Shown piece after piece: positions 9,311 to 18,535 of a stretch of DNA of 64,000 bases (position 1 is the stretch's first letter; each line of letters begins with the position of its first letter). The DNA is from an uncultured Alphaproteobacteria bacterium (lineage in GTDB: Bacteria > Pseudomonadota > Alphaproteobacteria > HIMB59 > GCA-002718135), in NCBI GenBank assembly GCA_902614395.1, contig CACMKW010000002.1:3356-67355 (forward strand), given 5' to 3'. The notes under the pieces were generated by a model that worked only from the letters and a program-made list of their open reading frames with translations, was not told where the DNA came from and made no database searches. The position numbers were made by a program, and so were the translations under genes.

Positions 9311-9922
9311 ATGAAAAAAAAATATGTTGAAAGATATTTGGAGGAAGTTGCAAAAATTGCCAAAACAATTGACAAAAATAAAATTAATAAAGTTATAAAC
9401 AGATTAGTTAAACTAAGAAAAGAAAATGGAAGAGTTTTTTTTATTGGTGTTGGGGGCAGTGCTTCTAATTGCTCTCATGCTGTAAATGATTTTAGAAAGA
9501 TAGCTCAAATAGAATCTTACACACCTGTTGATAATGTTGCAGAATTAACAGCAAGGACAAATGATGAGGGTTGGGATACTGTGTTTTCAGCTTGGTTAGA
9601 GAGAAGTAGAGTTAATAAAAAAGATTTATTATTTGTTTTAAGTGTTGGTGGTGGTAATATTAAAAAAAATGTTAGTGTGAATTTAATTCATGCTATTAAT
9701 TATTCAATTAAGAAAAGATGTGATGTAGCTGGTATAATAGGTAGAGATGGTGGTTACGTTAATAAGAAAAGTAATTTATGTATACTTGTACCCTCCCAAT
9801 CAAACGATACAATTACTCCTCTTGCAGAATCTTGGCAATCTATAGTTTGGCATTTAATAGTTAGCGATCCAAGAATAATTAAATATTCTAATAAATGGGA
9901 ATTTCTTGATAAAATGAAATAA
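9311..9922 (+). CDS. SIS-domain sugar-phosphate isomerase (GmhA/phosphoheptose isomerase-like)
   Basis: GRVFFIGVGGSASNCSHAVNDFRK matches the GmhA-type G.GGS...A.H pattern. About 200 aa, typical for single-SIS isomerases. Confidence 0.75.
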   Translation: MKKKYVERYLEEVAKIAKTIDKNKINKVINRLVKLRKENGRVFFIGVGGSASNCSHAVNDFRKIAQIESYTPVDNVAELTARTNDEGWDTVFSAWLERSRVNKKDLLFVLSVGGGNIKKNVSVNLIHAINYSIKKRCDVAGIIGRDGGYVNKKSNLCILVPSQSNDTITPLAESWQSIVWHLIVSDPRIIKYSNKWEFLDKMK

Positions 9923-10674
9923 TGTTACTTTTAAAAAGGATTTTAAATAAAATAAAAAAAATCAATAAAAAACTTAAGAGAGTTTTCACTAATAAAATTT
10001 ATTACAATAATAGCTCTTTTAAACTGAGAGCAAATAACTGGATAACAAAATATAGATTTGATACATTTGAAAATAAAGAACCAGAAACTCTTAAATGGAT
10101 AGATAATAATTTAAGAGAAAATGATGTTTTTTTTGATGTAGGAGCAAATATTGGAATTTATTCTTTATATGCTGCCTCAAAAAAATTTAATAATTCTAAA
10201 ATTTATAGTTTTGAGCCAGAATATTCTAATTTAAATGAATTGAAGTTTAATGTTTTAAACAATGGTTTTACAAATAACATAAATATTTTTTCAATTGCTT
10301 TTGGGGAATTTAGCCATCTTTCTTTTTTGCAGATAAATGATATAACTCCCGGTGCAGCATTACACTATTTAAGTAATTCTAATGCTCCTTTATCTAGTAT
10401 TTCCGAGGGAGTTTTTGTGATGAAAATTGATGAGTTTTGTAATCAGCAAAATATTTTTCCTAATCTTATTAAAGTAGATATAGATGGAAATGAGGATAAA
10501 TTTTTAAATGGAGCTACAAATTTGCTTAAAAATAAAAATTTAAGATCGATAATAATTGAACTTGATGATAAACAAAACAGAGACAAATGTATCAGTATAA
10601 TTAAAAAAAATGGGTTTGATTTAATTGATAATTATAAAAGTAACCAATCTTTTATTTTTTCTAAAAAGAAATGA
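9922..10674 (+). CDS. FkbM family methyltransferase
   Basis: FFDVGANIGIYSLYAA (motif I), FEPE, and LIKVDIDGNEDKFLNG, typical of FkbM-type O-methyltransferases. Confidence 0.8.
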   Translation: MLLLKRILNKIKKINKKLKRVFTNKIYYNNSSFKLRANNWITKYRFDTFENKEPETLKWIDNNLRENDVFFDVGANIGIYSLYAASKKFNNSKIYSFEPEYSNLNELKFNVLNNGFTNNINIFSIAFGEFSHLSFLQINDITPGAALHYLSNSNAPLSSISEGVFVMKIDEFCNQQNIFPNLIKVDIDGNEDKFLNGATNLLKNKNLRSIIIELDDKQNRDKCISIIKKNGFDLIDNYKSNQSFIFSKKK

Positions 10675-10736
10675 ATTTAACAAACAATATAAAAAATGTT
10701 TAGATTAATTTATCCATAAGTTGTAATACCTATATT

Positions 10737-11495
10737 ATGAAATTAAATAATAAATTTAAAAATTTAAATAAAATCTATGGAGGTTGGTTATCCATAAACA
10801 ATTTTCAACTATGTGATATTTTATCTAACATGCAAATTGATTTTTTAGGTGTTGATTTGGAGCATACTCCTACTTCAATAGATCAATTTTTAAAATTTGT
10901 AACTATTTGTCATTCAAAAAAAATTAGTTGTTTGCCAAGAATTCCTGATTTAGATAATGCATTAATAAAGAGATTATTAGATTCAGGAGCAGATGGTGTT
11001 ATAGCTCCAAGTATAGAAAATGTTGAACAGATTGAATTTTTAGAAAATTCAATTTTTTATCCTCCTAATGGCTCCAGAGGATATGGAGTATCCAAAGCTT
11101 CTAATTATGGCTTAGCTTTTAATAAATATGTAAAAAATTGGAATAAAAATGCCGTATTAATTATTCAGATTGAATCTATTAAAGCTATAAAAAACTTGGA
11201 GTCTTTAATATCAAAAAAATGTGTGAGTGGAGTAATGATTGGACCTTATGATATTTCAGGTTCTTTAGGTATTCCAGGAGAATTAAGTCACCCAGAGGTA
11301 CTGAATGCTTGTAAAGAAATATTATCAATCTGCAAGAAATATAAAAAATCATGTGGAATACATGATACTGATCCAAATTCTAAGTCTTTAAAATTGCTAG
11401 ATAAAAATGGATATAATTTCATTGTTATTGGTTCAGATATTTTTTTATTAACCAAATGGGTTAATAGCATGAACAAACTATTAAATGAAAAGTGA
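10737..11495 (+). CDS. HpcH/HpaI family class II (pyruvate-dependent) aldolase
   Basis: 252 aa. LGVDLEHTP, IQIESIKAIKNLESL and MIGPYDISGSLG correspond to the metal/pyruvate-binding segments of HpaI/GarL/RhmA-type 2-keto-3-deoxy-acid aldolases. Confidence 0.8.
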   Translation: MKLNNKFKNLNKIYGGWLSINNFQLCDILSNMQIDFLGVDLEHTPTSIDQFLKFVTICHSKKISCLPRIPDLDNALIKRLLDSGADGVIAPSIENVEQIEFLENSIFYPPNGSRGYGVSKASNYGLAFNKYVKNWNKNAVLIIQIESIKAIKNLESLISKKCVSGVMIGPYDISGSLGIPGELSHPEVLNACKEILSICKKYKKSCGIHDTDPNSKSLKLLDKNGYNFIVIGSDIFLLTKWVNSMNKLLNEK

Positions 11496-12271
11496 ATAAA
11501 AACAACTATATAAAAAACTATTTTGATTTTTCTAATAAAACAGTTGTAATCACAGGAGGTTCTGGACATCTTTGTGGTGAGATGGCAACAACTTTTCTTA
11601 AACTTGGATCAACAGTATTTATATTAGATAAAAATATAAAAAAAATAGACAAAAAAAAATTTATAATTTTTAGAAATAAGATATTTTTTAAGAAAATTGA
11701 TTTAATTAATAAAAGTCAAATTAAAACTTCTCTAAAGTATATTTTAAATAAATCTAATAAGATTGATATTTTAATTAATGGAGCTGGAGCAAATTCCCCA
11801 AAAAGTTTTTTTGATATTACTGAAAAAGATTGGCAATTCGTAATTGATAGCCAACTAAAATCAACATTTTTATCTTGTCAAATTTTTGGTAAACAAATGA
11901 TAAAGCAAAAACATGGCAGTATATTAAATATAAGCTCAGCTTCTGCAGGCCCTCCATTATCAAAAGCATTTGCGTATTCTGCTGCAAAATCTGGAATAAA
12001 AAATTTAACACAAAATTTAGCTAGAGAGTGGGCTACTAAAGGTGTAAGAGTAAATGCTTTAAGGCCAGGTTTCTTTCCAACACGATGGAGTATGGAAAAT
12101 TTTATTGATAAACAAAGAAAAGAAAAAATTTTTCAACATACGCCTATGAAAAGATTTGGAAATCCGAAAGAATTGATCACCGCAGTATTGTTTATTTGTT
12201 CAGATAAATCAACTTTTCTTACTGGTAGTGAGATTGCTGTTGACGGAGGATTTGGAGCTATGACTATATGA
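11492..12271 (+). CDS. SDR family oxidoreductase
   Basis: VVITGGSGHLCGEMA cofactor motif, NGAG, catalytic YSAAKSG. GTG start in a GTGA overlap with the upstream stop. Confidence 0.85.
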   Translation: MNKNNYIKNYFDFSNKTVVITGGSGHLCGEMATTFLKLGSTVFILDKNIKKIDKKKFIIFRNKIFFKKIDLINKSQIKTSLKYILNKSNKIDILINGAGANSPKSFFDITEKDWQFVIDSQLKSTFLSCQIFGKQMIKQKHGSILNISSASAGPPLSKAFAYSAAKSGIKNLTQNLAREWATKGVRVNALRPGFFPTRWSMENFIDKQRKEKIFQHTPMKRFGNPKELITAVLFICSDKSTFLTGSEIAVDGGFGAMTI

Positions 12272-13023
12272 ATCAAGATAAAAGAGTAGTTTTGATAACT
12301 GGAGGATCTTCGGGAATTGGTTTCGAGATAGCTATTAAATATTTTGAAAATGATTGGAATGTTGTAATTTTAGGAAGAAAAAAATATAATTATTTTCCAA
12401 AATCAAAAAAATTTAAATTTGTAAAAGGCGATGTAATCAGTGAGAATTCTCATTTATTAACTGCAAAATCAGCTATTAAATTTTTTAACAGACTTGATTG
12501 TTATATAAATTGCGCAGGTATTTCTGAGTGGAAATCTATAGATAACGTAAATAGAAAATTTTGGGATAAAATAATTAATACTAATCTTTTAGGTACTATG
12601 TGGGGATGCAAAACTGCCTCAAATTTTCTTTCTAAAAATGGGTCAATTATTAACATTTCAAGTATTGCTGGGAAAAGAGGAAGTGCAAACAATTCTGTCT
12701 ATTGCGCATCTAAATTTGGAGTAAATGGAATAACGCAATCATTATCTAAAGAATTGGGTATAAAAAAAATAAGAGTTAATTCTGTTTGCCCTGTATATAT
12801 TAAAACAAAAGGTCTTGAAAACGCATTGAGACATAAAGTTTCTCCAACCAATGGTAAAAAAATCGATTCGTATTTAGAAAAATTTATAAGACAAAATTCA
12901 TCTCTTAAAAGTTTACCAACTAGTGAAGATGTCGCAAATTTTTGTTATTTCTTATCATCAGATAAAGCTAAATCAATTACCGGACAATGTTTAAATATTG
13001 ACTCCGGCGTCTTTCCTCAATGA
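12268..13023 (+). CDS. SDR family oxidoreductase (classical, FabG-like)
   Basis: VVLITGGSSGIGFE, NCAG, catalytic YCASKFG. 4-nt overlap with the upstream gene. Confidence 0.85.
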   Translation: MNQDKRVVLITGGSSGIGFEIAIKYFENDWNVVILGRKKYNYFPKSKKFKFVKGDVISENSHLLTAKSAIKFFNRLDCYINCAGISEWKSIDNVNRKFWDKIINTNLLGTMWGCKTASNFLSKNGSIINISSIAGKRGSANNSVYCASKFGVNGITQSLSKELGIKKIRVNSVCPVYIKTKGLENALRHKVSPTNGKKIDSYLEKFIRQNSSLKSLPTSEDVANFCYFLSSDKAKSITGQCLNIDSGVFPQ

Positions 13024-13793
13024 AGAAAGAAAAAATAGTAGCTATAATTCCATCAAGAATGGCATCAACTAGATTACCTGGAAAGCCATTATTGAAAATT
13101 TATAACTTAGAATTAATAGAGCACGTAAGAAGAAGAGCCTTGTTAAGTAAATTTTTTGATGAAGTATATGTTGCCACTTGTGATAGGGAAATTGCAAGTA
13201 TCGTTAAACAAAATAATGGTAAGGTAATCATGACATCAGACAAACATTTTGATTGCAATGAAAGAATATTAGAGGCTTCAAAAAAAATTAATGCAAAATT
13301 TATTGTAAATGTTCAGGGTGATGAAATACTAGTTCATCCTAAAAACTTAGATATGATATGCAAAACAATTGTAAAAGATAAGAAATCTATGTATTGGAAT
13401 GCGATTTCTAAAATAGAAGACAAAAAAGATTTAATAAACGATACAGTAGTTAAATGTTATATTTCAAAAAATAAAAATATATTATTCTGCTCAAGAAAAG
13501 AGGAAATTATAAAAAGAATAGATCCAAATATTCCAATTATGAAATTATTAGGACTTCAAGCTTTTAAAAAATCAGCTTTAAAAATTTATTCTAAGAACAA
13601 CATTACACCGTTAGAGAAAAATTTTTCAATTGGTCAAATGAGAATTTTAGAAAATAATCATAATTTAAAGTCTATTAATATAAAAAATGGATATAGGGGG
13701 ATTGATAAAAAAAGAGATATAATATATGCTAAAAACATATTAACTAGAGATAAAGAGCAAATAAAGATTTTAAATAAAATTATAAATCATTAA
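13020..13793 (+). CDS. KdsB-like cytidylyltransferase (CMP-3-deoxy-ulosonate synthetase family)
   Basis: IVAIIPSRMASTRLPGKPL and VNVQGDE closely follow the KdsB signature (IIPAR.ASTRLPGKPL / NVQGDEP), not the NeuA one. Confidence 0.8.
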   Translation: MKKEKIVAIIPSRMASTRLPGKPLLKIYNLELIEHVRRRALLSKFFDEVYVATCDREIASIVKQNNGKVIMTSDKHFDCNERILEASKKINAKFIVNVQGDEILVHPKNLDMICKTIVKDKKSMYWNAISKIEDKKDLINDTVVKCYISKNKNILFCSRKEEIIKRIDPNIPIMKLLGLQAFKKSALKIYSKNNITPLEKNFSIGQMRILENNHNLKSINIKNGYRGIDKKRDIIYAKNILTRDKEQIKILNKIINH

Positions 13794-13813
13794 TAAAATA
13801 AAATAAGTATTTT

Positions 13814-14494
13814 ATGGCAATTTTTTTAGACACAGGGAAAGTAGACGAAATCAAAAAGTACCATGATTATGGTATAATAAGAGGTGTGACTACCAATCCT
13901 TCTATACTAATAAAAGAGGGATTAGGAACAAATTTACAAGAATTAAAAAAAAAATTTATTGAAATTGCTGATTTGATAAATCCGCTTCCTTTATCTTTAG
14001 AAGTTACTTCAAATGAAACTTCTGAAATGTTTGAACAAGCAGAATTATTTGCAGGATGGGCTGATAATATTAACGTAAAAATCACAATTCACGGTCCTAA
14101 TGGTGAATTGAATAATTTAAAAGTTATAAATCAATTAGAAAACAAAAAAAATATCAGAGTAAATGTTACCGCTATGATGAGTGCACAGCAATGTTATCTT
14201 GCAGCTCAAGCTGGTGCAACTTATGTGTCTATTTTTGGAGGTAGAATTAATAATATGGGTTATGATTCAAATAAGGAAATATATATTTTAAGAAATTTAT
14301 TGGATAAATTTAATCTTAATTCTAAAATTATAGTTGGTTCTACTAGAGAAATTATTAATATAACTCAATGGCTAAATGCAGGTGCACATATAGTAACTTG
14401 TCATCCTAATTTTCTAGAGGGAATGCTGATCCATCCATATACAAAAGAAACTGTACAAATGTTTCTAAATGATGGAAATAAAATTAAAAAATAA
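13814..14494 (+). CDS. Short (type 3B) transaldolase / fructose-6-phosphate aldolase family protein
   Basis: 226 aa. FLDTG ... GVTTNPSIL N-terminus, the Schiff-base lysine region NVKIT, and the size fit FSA/TalC-type enzymes. Confidence 0.85.
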   Translation: MAIFLDTGKVDEIKKYHDYGIIRGVTTNPSILIKEGLGTNLQELKKKFIEIADLINPLPLSLEVTSNETSEMFEQAELFAGWADNINVKITIHGPNGELNNLKVINQLENKKNIRVNVTAMMSAQQCYLAAQAGATYVSIFGGRINNMGYDSNKEIYILRNLLDKFNLNSKIIVGSTREIINITQWLNAGAHIVTCHPNFLEGMLIHPYTKETVQMFLNDGNKIKK

Positions 14495-15436
14495 ATGATA
14501 AAAAAAAAAGTTTTAATTACAGGTGGTGCTGGTTTCGTTGGGTCACATCTTTGTGAAAGATTGTTAAAAAAAGGATACTTTGTTTATTGCCTTGATAATT
14601 TAGTTACTGGTAAGCTTCAAAATATTAATCATTTGATAAAACAACCAAACTTCGAATTAATACAAAAAAACATTAATGAGCCAATTAATTTAAAGGTTGA
14701 AGAAATTTACAACTTAGCTTCTCCCGCATCACCAAAGCATTATCAATTAGATCCTGTAGAAACTGTAAAGACAAATGTTCAAGGAGTTTTAAATTTATTA
14801 GAATTATCTAAAAGATATAATTCAAAAATTTTACAGGCATCAACTTCAGAGATTTATGGAGATCCTCTTGAGCATCCACAAAATGAAACTTATTGGGGGA
14901 ATGTTAACCCTATAGGTCCACGGAGTTGTTATGATGAAGGAAAAAGATGCGCAGAAACTCTCTTTTTTGATTTTCACAGACAGCATAAATTAAGAATAAA
15001 AGTTATGAGGATTTTTAATACATATGGTCCAAGAATGAATTTAGATGATGGAAGAGTGGTAAGTAATTTTATCATCCAAGCAATTAATAATGAAAATATT
15101 ACTATATATGGTGATGGAACTCACACACGAAGTTTTTGTTTTGTAGACGATTTAATTAATGGGATGATTTCTTTCTTTGATTGTGATGACAATTTTACTG
15201 GTCCTGTTAATGTAGGTAATCCAGAAGAGTACTCGATATTAGAGCTTGCTAGAAAAATAATTGATCTAACAAATTCAAAAAGTAAAATAGTTTTTTTAAA
15301 GTTACCAGATGATGATCCAAAAAAAAGAAAACCAAATATAAGTTTAGCTAAAGCAAAATTTAATTGGGAACCAACTACAAATTTAGAAAGTGGTCTTATT
15401 AAAACAATTCAATATTTTAGCAAAATTTTAAAATGA
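14495..15436 (+). CDS. UDP-glucuronate decarboxylase (UDP-xylose synthase, UXS/ArnA-C-domain-like)
   Basis: VLITGGAGFVGSHLCERL, QASTSEIYGDPLEHPQNETYWGNVNPIGPRSCYDEGKRCAETL and RIFNTYGPRM...DGRVVSNFI match the UXS consensus nearly residue for residue. Confidence 0.9.
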   Translation: MIKKKVLITGGAGFVGSHLCERLLKKGYFVYCLDNLVTGKLQNINHLIKQPNFELIQKNINEPINLKVEEIYNLASPASPKHYQLDPVETVKTNVQGVLNLLELSKRYNSKILQASTSEIYGDPLEHPQNETYWGNVNPIGPRSCYDEGKRCAETLFFDFHRQHKLRIKVMRIFNTYGPRMNLDDGRVVSNFIIQAINNENITIYGDGTHTRSFCFVDDLINGMISFFDCDDNFTGPVNVGNPEEYSILELARKIIDLTNSKSKIVFLKLPDDDPKKRKPNISLAKAKFNWEPTTNLESGLIKTIQYFSKILK

Positions 15437-16122
15437 AACTAAGTATAGTAATACCATGCTTTAATGAAGAAAATACAATTATAGATATATTAAAGCTAGT
15501 TAAAAAAAATCCTTATAAAGATATTGAAATTATAGTAGTGGATGATTTTTCTAAGGATAACACAAGGAAGATCCTCTCAGAAAATCGACAATATTATGAT
15601 GTCTTAGAATTACACGATCAAAATAGAGGTAAAGGTTCAGCTATAAGGACAGGTTTAAATAGAGTTTCTGGAGAAATAGTTTTAATTCAAGACGCAGATT
15701 TAGAATACGATCCTAACGAATATCTAGATCTATTGGGGCCAATTTTAAACAATAAAGCCGATGTTGTTTATGGATCAAGATTTCAGGGAGGTAAACCACA
15801 TAGAATTTTATATTTTTGGCATACTATAGGAAATAAATTTCTTACATTATTCTCAAATATGTTTACAAATTTGAATTTAACGGACATGGAATGCTGTTAT
15901 AAAGTATTTAGATCAGACATAATAAAAAAAATTAAATTAAAAGAAAATAGATTTGGTTTTGAACCTGAAGTTACAGCTAAAATAGCTAAGTTGAATTGCA
16001 GAATATATGAGGTTGGAGTTTCTTACTATGGCAGGACTTATAAAGAGGGTAAAAAAATAGGATGGAAAGATGGTATAAGTGCAATTATTTGTATAATTAA
16101 ATATGGAATATTTAGTAAATAA
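15433..16122 (+). CDS. GT2 polyprenyl-phosphate glycosyltransferase (DPM1/ArnC-like)
   Basis: LSIVIPCFNEE, VVDDFSKDNT, QDADLEYDP and GSRF are characteristic of the lipid-phosphate sugar synthase subgroup of GT2. Confidence 0.8.
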   Translation: MKLSIVIPCFNEENTIIDILKLVKKNPYKDIEIIVVDDFSKDNTRKILSENRQYYDVLELHDQNRGKGSAIRTGLNRVSGEIVLIQDADLEYDPNEYLDLLGPILNNKADVVYGSRFQGGKPHRILYFWHTIGNKFLTLFSNMFTNLNLTDMECCYKVFRSDIIKKIKLKENRFGFEPEVTAKIAKLNCRIYEVGVSYYGRTYKEGKKIGWKDGISAIICIIKYGIFSK

Positions 16123-17677
16123 AAAATTTTTTACACTTTTTTTTATACTAATTATGTTTTTCTTAATTTATTTTTTTCAAAATACAACAAACTATACAAA
16201 TTTTAAATTAAATTGGGATGAAGTAGATTATGCAAATGTAGCTTCTAAAGGAATAATAAATAATTATATTGATAGAGATAGTATAAGTTTTAAGACTTTT
16301 ACAGCAATTGGATTATCAAAATTTAAAAATAAAGAAGTATTTGTAGATAAAAATTTAACAGTATTAGAACATAATGATAATTTTAACTTAAGACATTTTC
16401 ATCCACCACTTCCAGTTTATTATTGGTCAATATTCACAAATGATAAAAATACTAATGAAATAAATGCTAGAAATCTTAGATTTAGTAATTTACTTTTATA
16501 CTTTGTTATATTTGTTTTTTTTACAATTTTTATTCATCTAAATTCTATAAATATAAAAAATTATTTTCTATCAACAAGTCTTTTATTTTTTTACTTAACT
16601 AATATTAATGTAATCGAATCATTTTTAAATTTACATTTTCATAATTTTTTTTCAATTATTTTTTTTTATCATATTTATTCAGTCATAATATATTTTAATG
16701 AAAAAAATGATGTATACTCAAGAGCAAATTTTACTTTTTCTATTTCACTTTTAATAATCACATTGGAAACATTTCCTATTGTATTAATAACAACAATTTT
16801 AATTTATTTATTATTTCCAATTAAGAATAAGAAAAAAATAAATTTATTTGAATTGATTAAAAATTTTGTTACTGCAATATTTATTGCTATAATTTTATTC
16901 CCATCCTCAATTGTTAAACTTACTTACCTAAAAACTTTTTTAATGTATTTTTATAGAATTTTTGCAAAAAATAATGAGGAATATAGTGAGATTAATTATT
17001 TGGATAATTGGAAAAATTTTTTCTTTGATAATCTTCTTGTTTTATTGGTAATAATTTTTGTTCTATCATTTTATCTTCTTAGAAATAAAATTGATAAAAA
17101 ATACTTAATATACTTCTTTTATATATTTGCTTACTCAATAATTATGACACCATTTATTTTATCATATACATATGTTTTTCCAGTTATTTTTATTTTTATT
17201 TGTTTAACCATCCAAATAATTAATAAAACAAAATTAAACAGTTATGAATTTGTATTATTATTATCTATTTTTGCGATTACAATATCTATAAATATTTTAG
17301 CAATTAATAGTAAAAATTATTACACTAACTTTCAGCTTTATAATAATAAAATTGATACTATTATTTCTGAATATTTAATTGATAAAAAAAATAAAAATAT
17401 ACTAATAGATGGCGCTCATATCTTTAATTATTATTCTGAAAATACGAATTTTATAAATCTAAATATAATGTCTTTAAGTAATCCTAGTTTTTATATAAGA
17501 AAAAATTACAAAAACATAAAAATTAATGAAAAAATTAAAAATAATTATTTTGATATGATTATTATTCAATCAAACAGAAGTTATACTGATGAAAAGATCA
17601 AGTTTCTTTATGACAGTGGTTACAAATCATTAGATAATTATGAAGGATATAATATATATAAATTAGATAATGGATAA
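16103..17677 (+). CDS. Polytopic membrane protein, probable GT-C glycosyltransferase (PMT/ArnT-like)
   Basis: 524 aa with 10 or more hydrophobic segments. The first loop after TM1 carries WDEVDYANV, resembling the DE(V)HF acidic motif of PMT/ArnT enzymes. The soluble C-terminal domain and the position directly after a lipid-P-sugar synthase also fit. Confidence 0.55.
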   Translation: MEYLVNKKFFTLFFILIMFFLIYFFQNTTNYTNFKLNWDEVDYANVASKGIINNYIDRDSISFKTFTAIGLSKFKNKEVFVDKNLTVLEHNDNFNLRHFHPPLPVYYWSIFTNDKNTNEINARNLRFSNLLLYFVIFVFFTIFIHLNSINIKNYFLSTSLLFFYLTNINVIESFLNLHFHNFFSIIFFYHIYSVIIYFNEKNDVYSRANFTFSISLLIITLETFPIVLITTILIYLLFPIKNKKKINLFELIKNFVTAIFIAIILFPSSIVKLTYLKTFLMYFYRIFAKNNEEYSEINYLDNWKNFFFDNLLVLLVIIFVLSFYLLRNKIDKKYLIYFFYIFAYSIIMTPFILSYTYVFPVIFIFICLTIQIINKTKLNSYEFVLLLSIFAITISINILAINSKNYYTNFQLYNNKIDTIISEYLIDKKNKNILIDGAHIFNYYSENTNFINLNIMSLSNPSFYIRKNYKNIKINEKIKNNYFDMIIIQSNRSYTDEKIKFLYDSGYKSLDNYEGYNIYKLDNG

Positions 17678-18503
17678 AAAAATTAATTTCTCTATTAATA
17701 TATGCTGTTTAAATTCAGAAAAATATTTAAATGAAACTATTCAAAGTGTTATTAATCAGTCGTATAAAAATTGGGAATTAATACTTGTTGATAATGGCTC
17801 AGATGATAATACTCATAATATTATAAATAATTATGTCAAAAAATATAAAAATATAAAAAGTTTTAATGAAAATAAAAAAGGTCTTTCTAACGCTAGAAAT
17901 TTAGCTGTTAAAAATTCTTCTTATGAATGGATAGTTTTATTAGACCACGATGACATAATGCATAAAGACAGACTTAAAATTCATTGCAATGATATAAGAA
18001 ATAATATTAACAAAATGTTTTTCTTTGGAGATGCAATGTTCTTCGATAATAATAATACGAAATTATATTCTCGTTTTGATATTGCTAGAAAAAAAGATAA
18101 CTTTGACCCTGTAAGATTAAATTTAAATAAAGTTGATGGGTATATAAACTTAACAAAATATGGATGTTTTATTGTTTCATCGACTGTTTGTTTTAATAAA
18201 AATATAATTAAAAAAATAGGGTGGTTTAATAACAAATACAAGTTTATATTAGATTATATTTTTTTTTTAAATGTTTCGAAGTTTTATGATTTCTATTGCT
18301 CTAATAAAATAATTTCAAGATGTAGAATACATGATGATCAATCAACTAACAAGTTAAAGAAAATATATTTTATTGAACTTAATAATTTATATTTTAGTTT
18401 TTATTTTAATACCAAAATATCATATTCAATTAAAATAAGTATTTTTATTAAGAATTTAAGATTAATATTTTCATATATAAAAACAAATACATTGTATATG
18501 TAA
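17670..18503 (+). CDS. GT2 family glycosyltransferase
   Basis: NQSYKNWELILVDNGSDDNT and LLDHDD (DxD). Confidence 0.85.
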   Translation: MDKKINFSINICCLNSEKYLNETIQSVINQSYKNWELILVDNGSDDNTHNIINNYVKKYKNIKSFNENKKGLSNARNLAVKNSSYEWIVLLDHDDIMHKDRLKIHCNDIRNNINKMFFFGDAMFFDNNNTKLYSRFDIARKKDNFDPVRLNLNKVDGYINLTKYGCFIVSSTVCFNKNIIKKIGWFNNKYKFILDYIFFLNVSKFYDFYCSNKIISRCRIHDDQSTNKLKKIYFIELNNLYFSFYFNTKISYSIKISIFIKNLRLIFSYIKTNTLYM

Positions 18504-18535
18504 ATTGTTTGATTAGTAGAATAAATTTTAATTAA

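Noticed and set aside
14500-14509. A/T homopolymers of 9-10 nt as phase-variation sites (for example A10 at 14500-14509 at the 5' end of the UXS gene, and T10 at 5698-5707, 18259-18268 and 18814-18823).
   Set aside because: Such runs are frequent throughout this AT-rich sequence and arise from Lys (AAA) and Phe (TTT) codons. Without read-level length variation they carry no special signal, unlike the single G8 tract.
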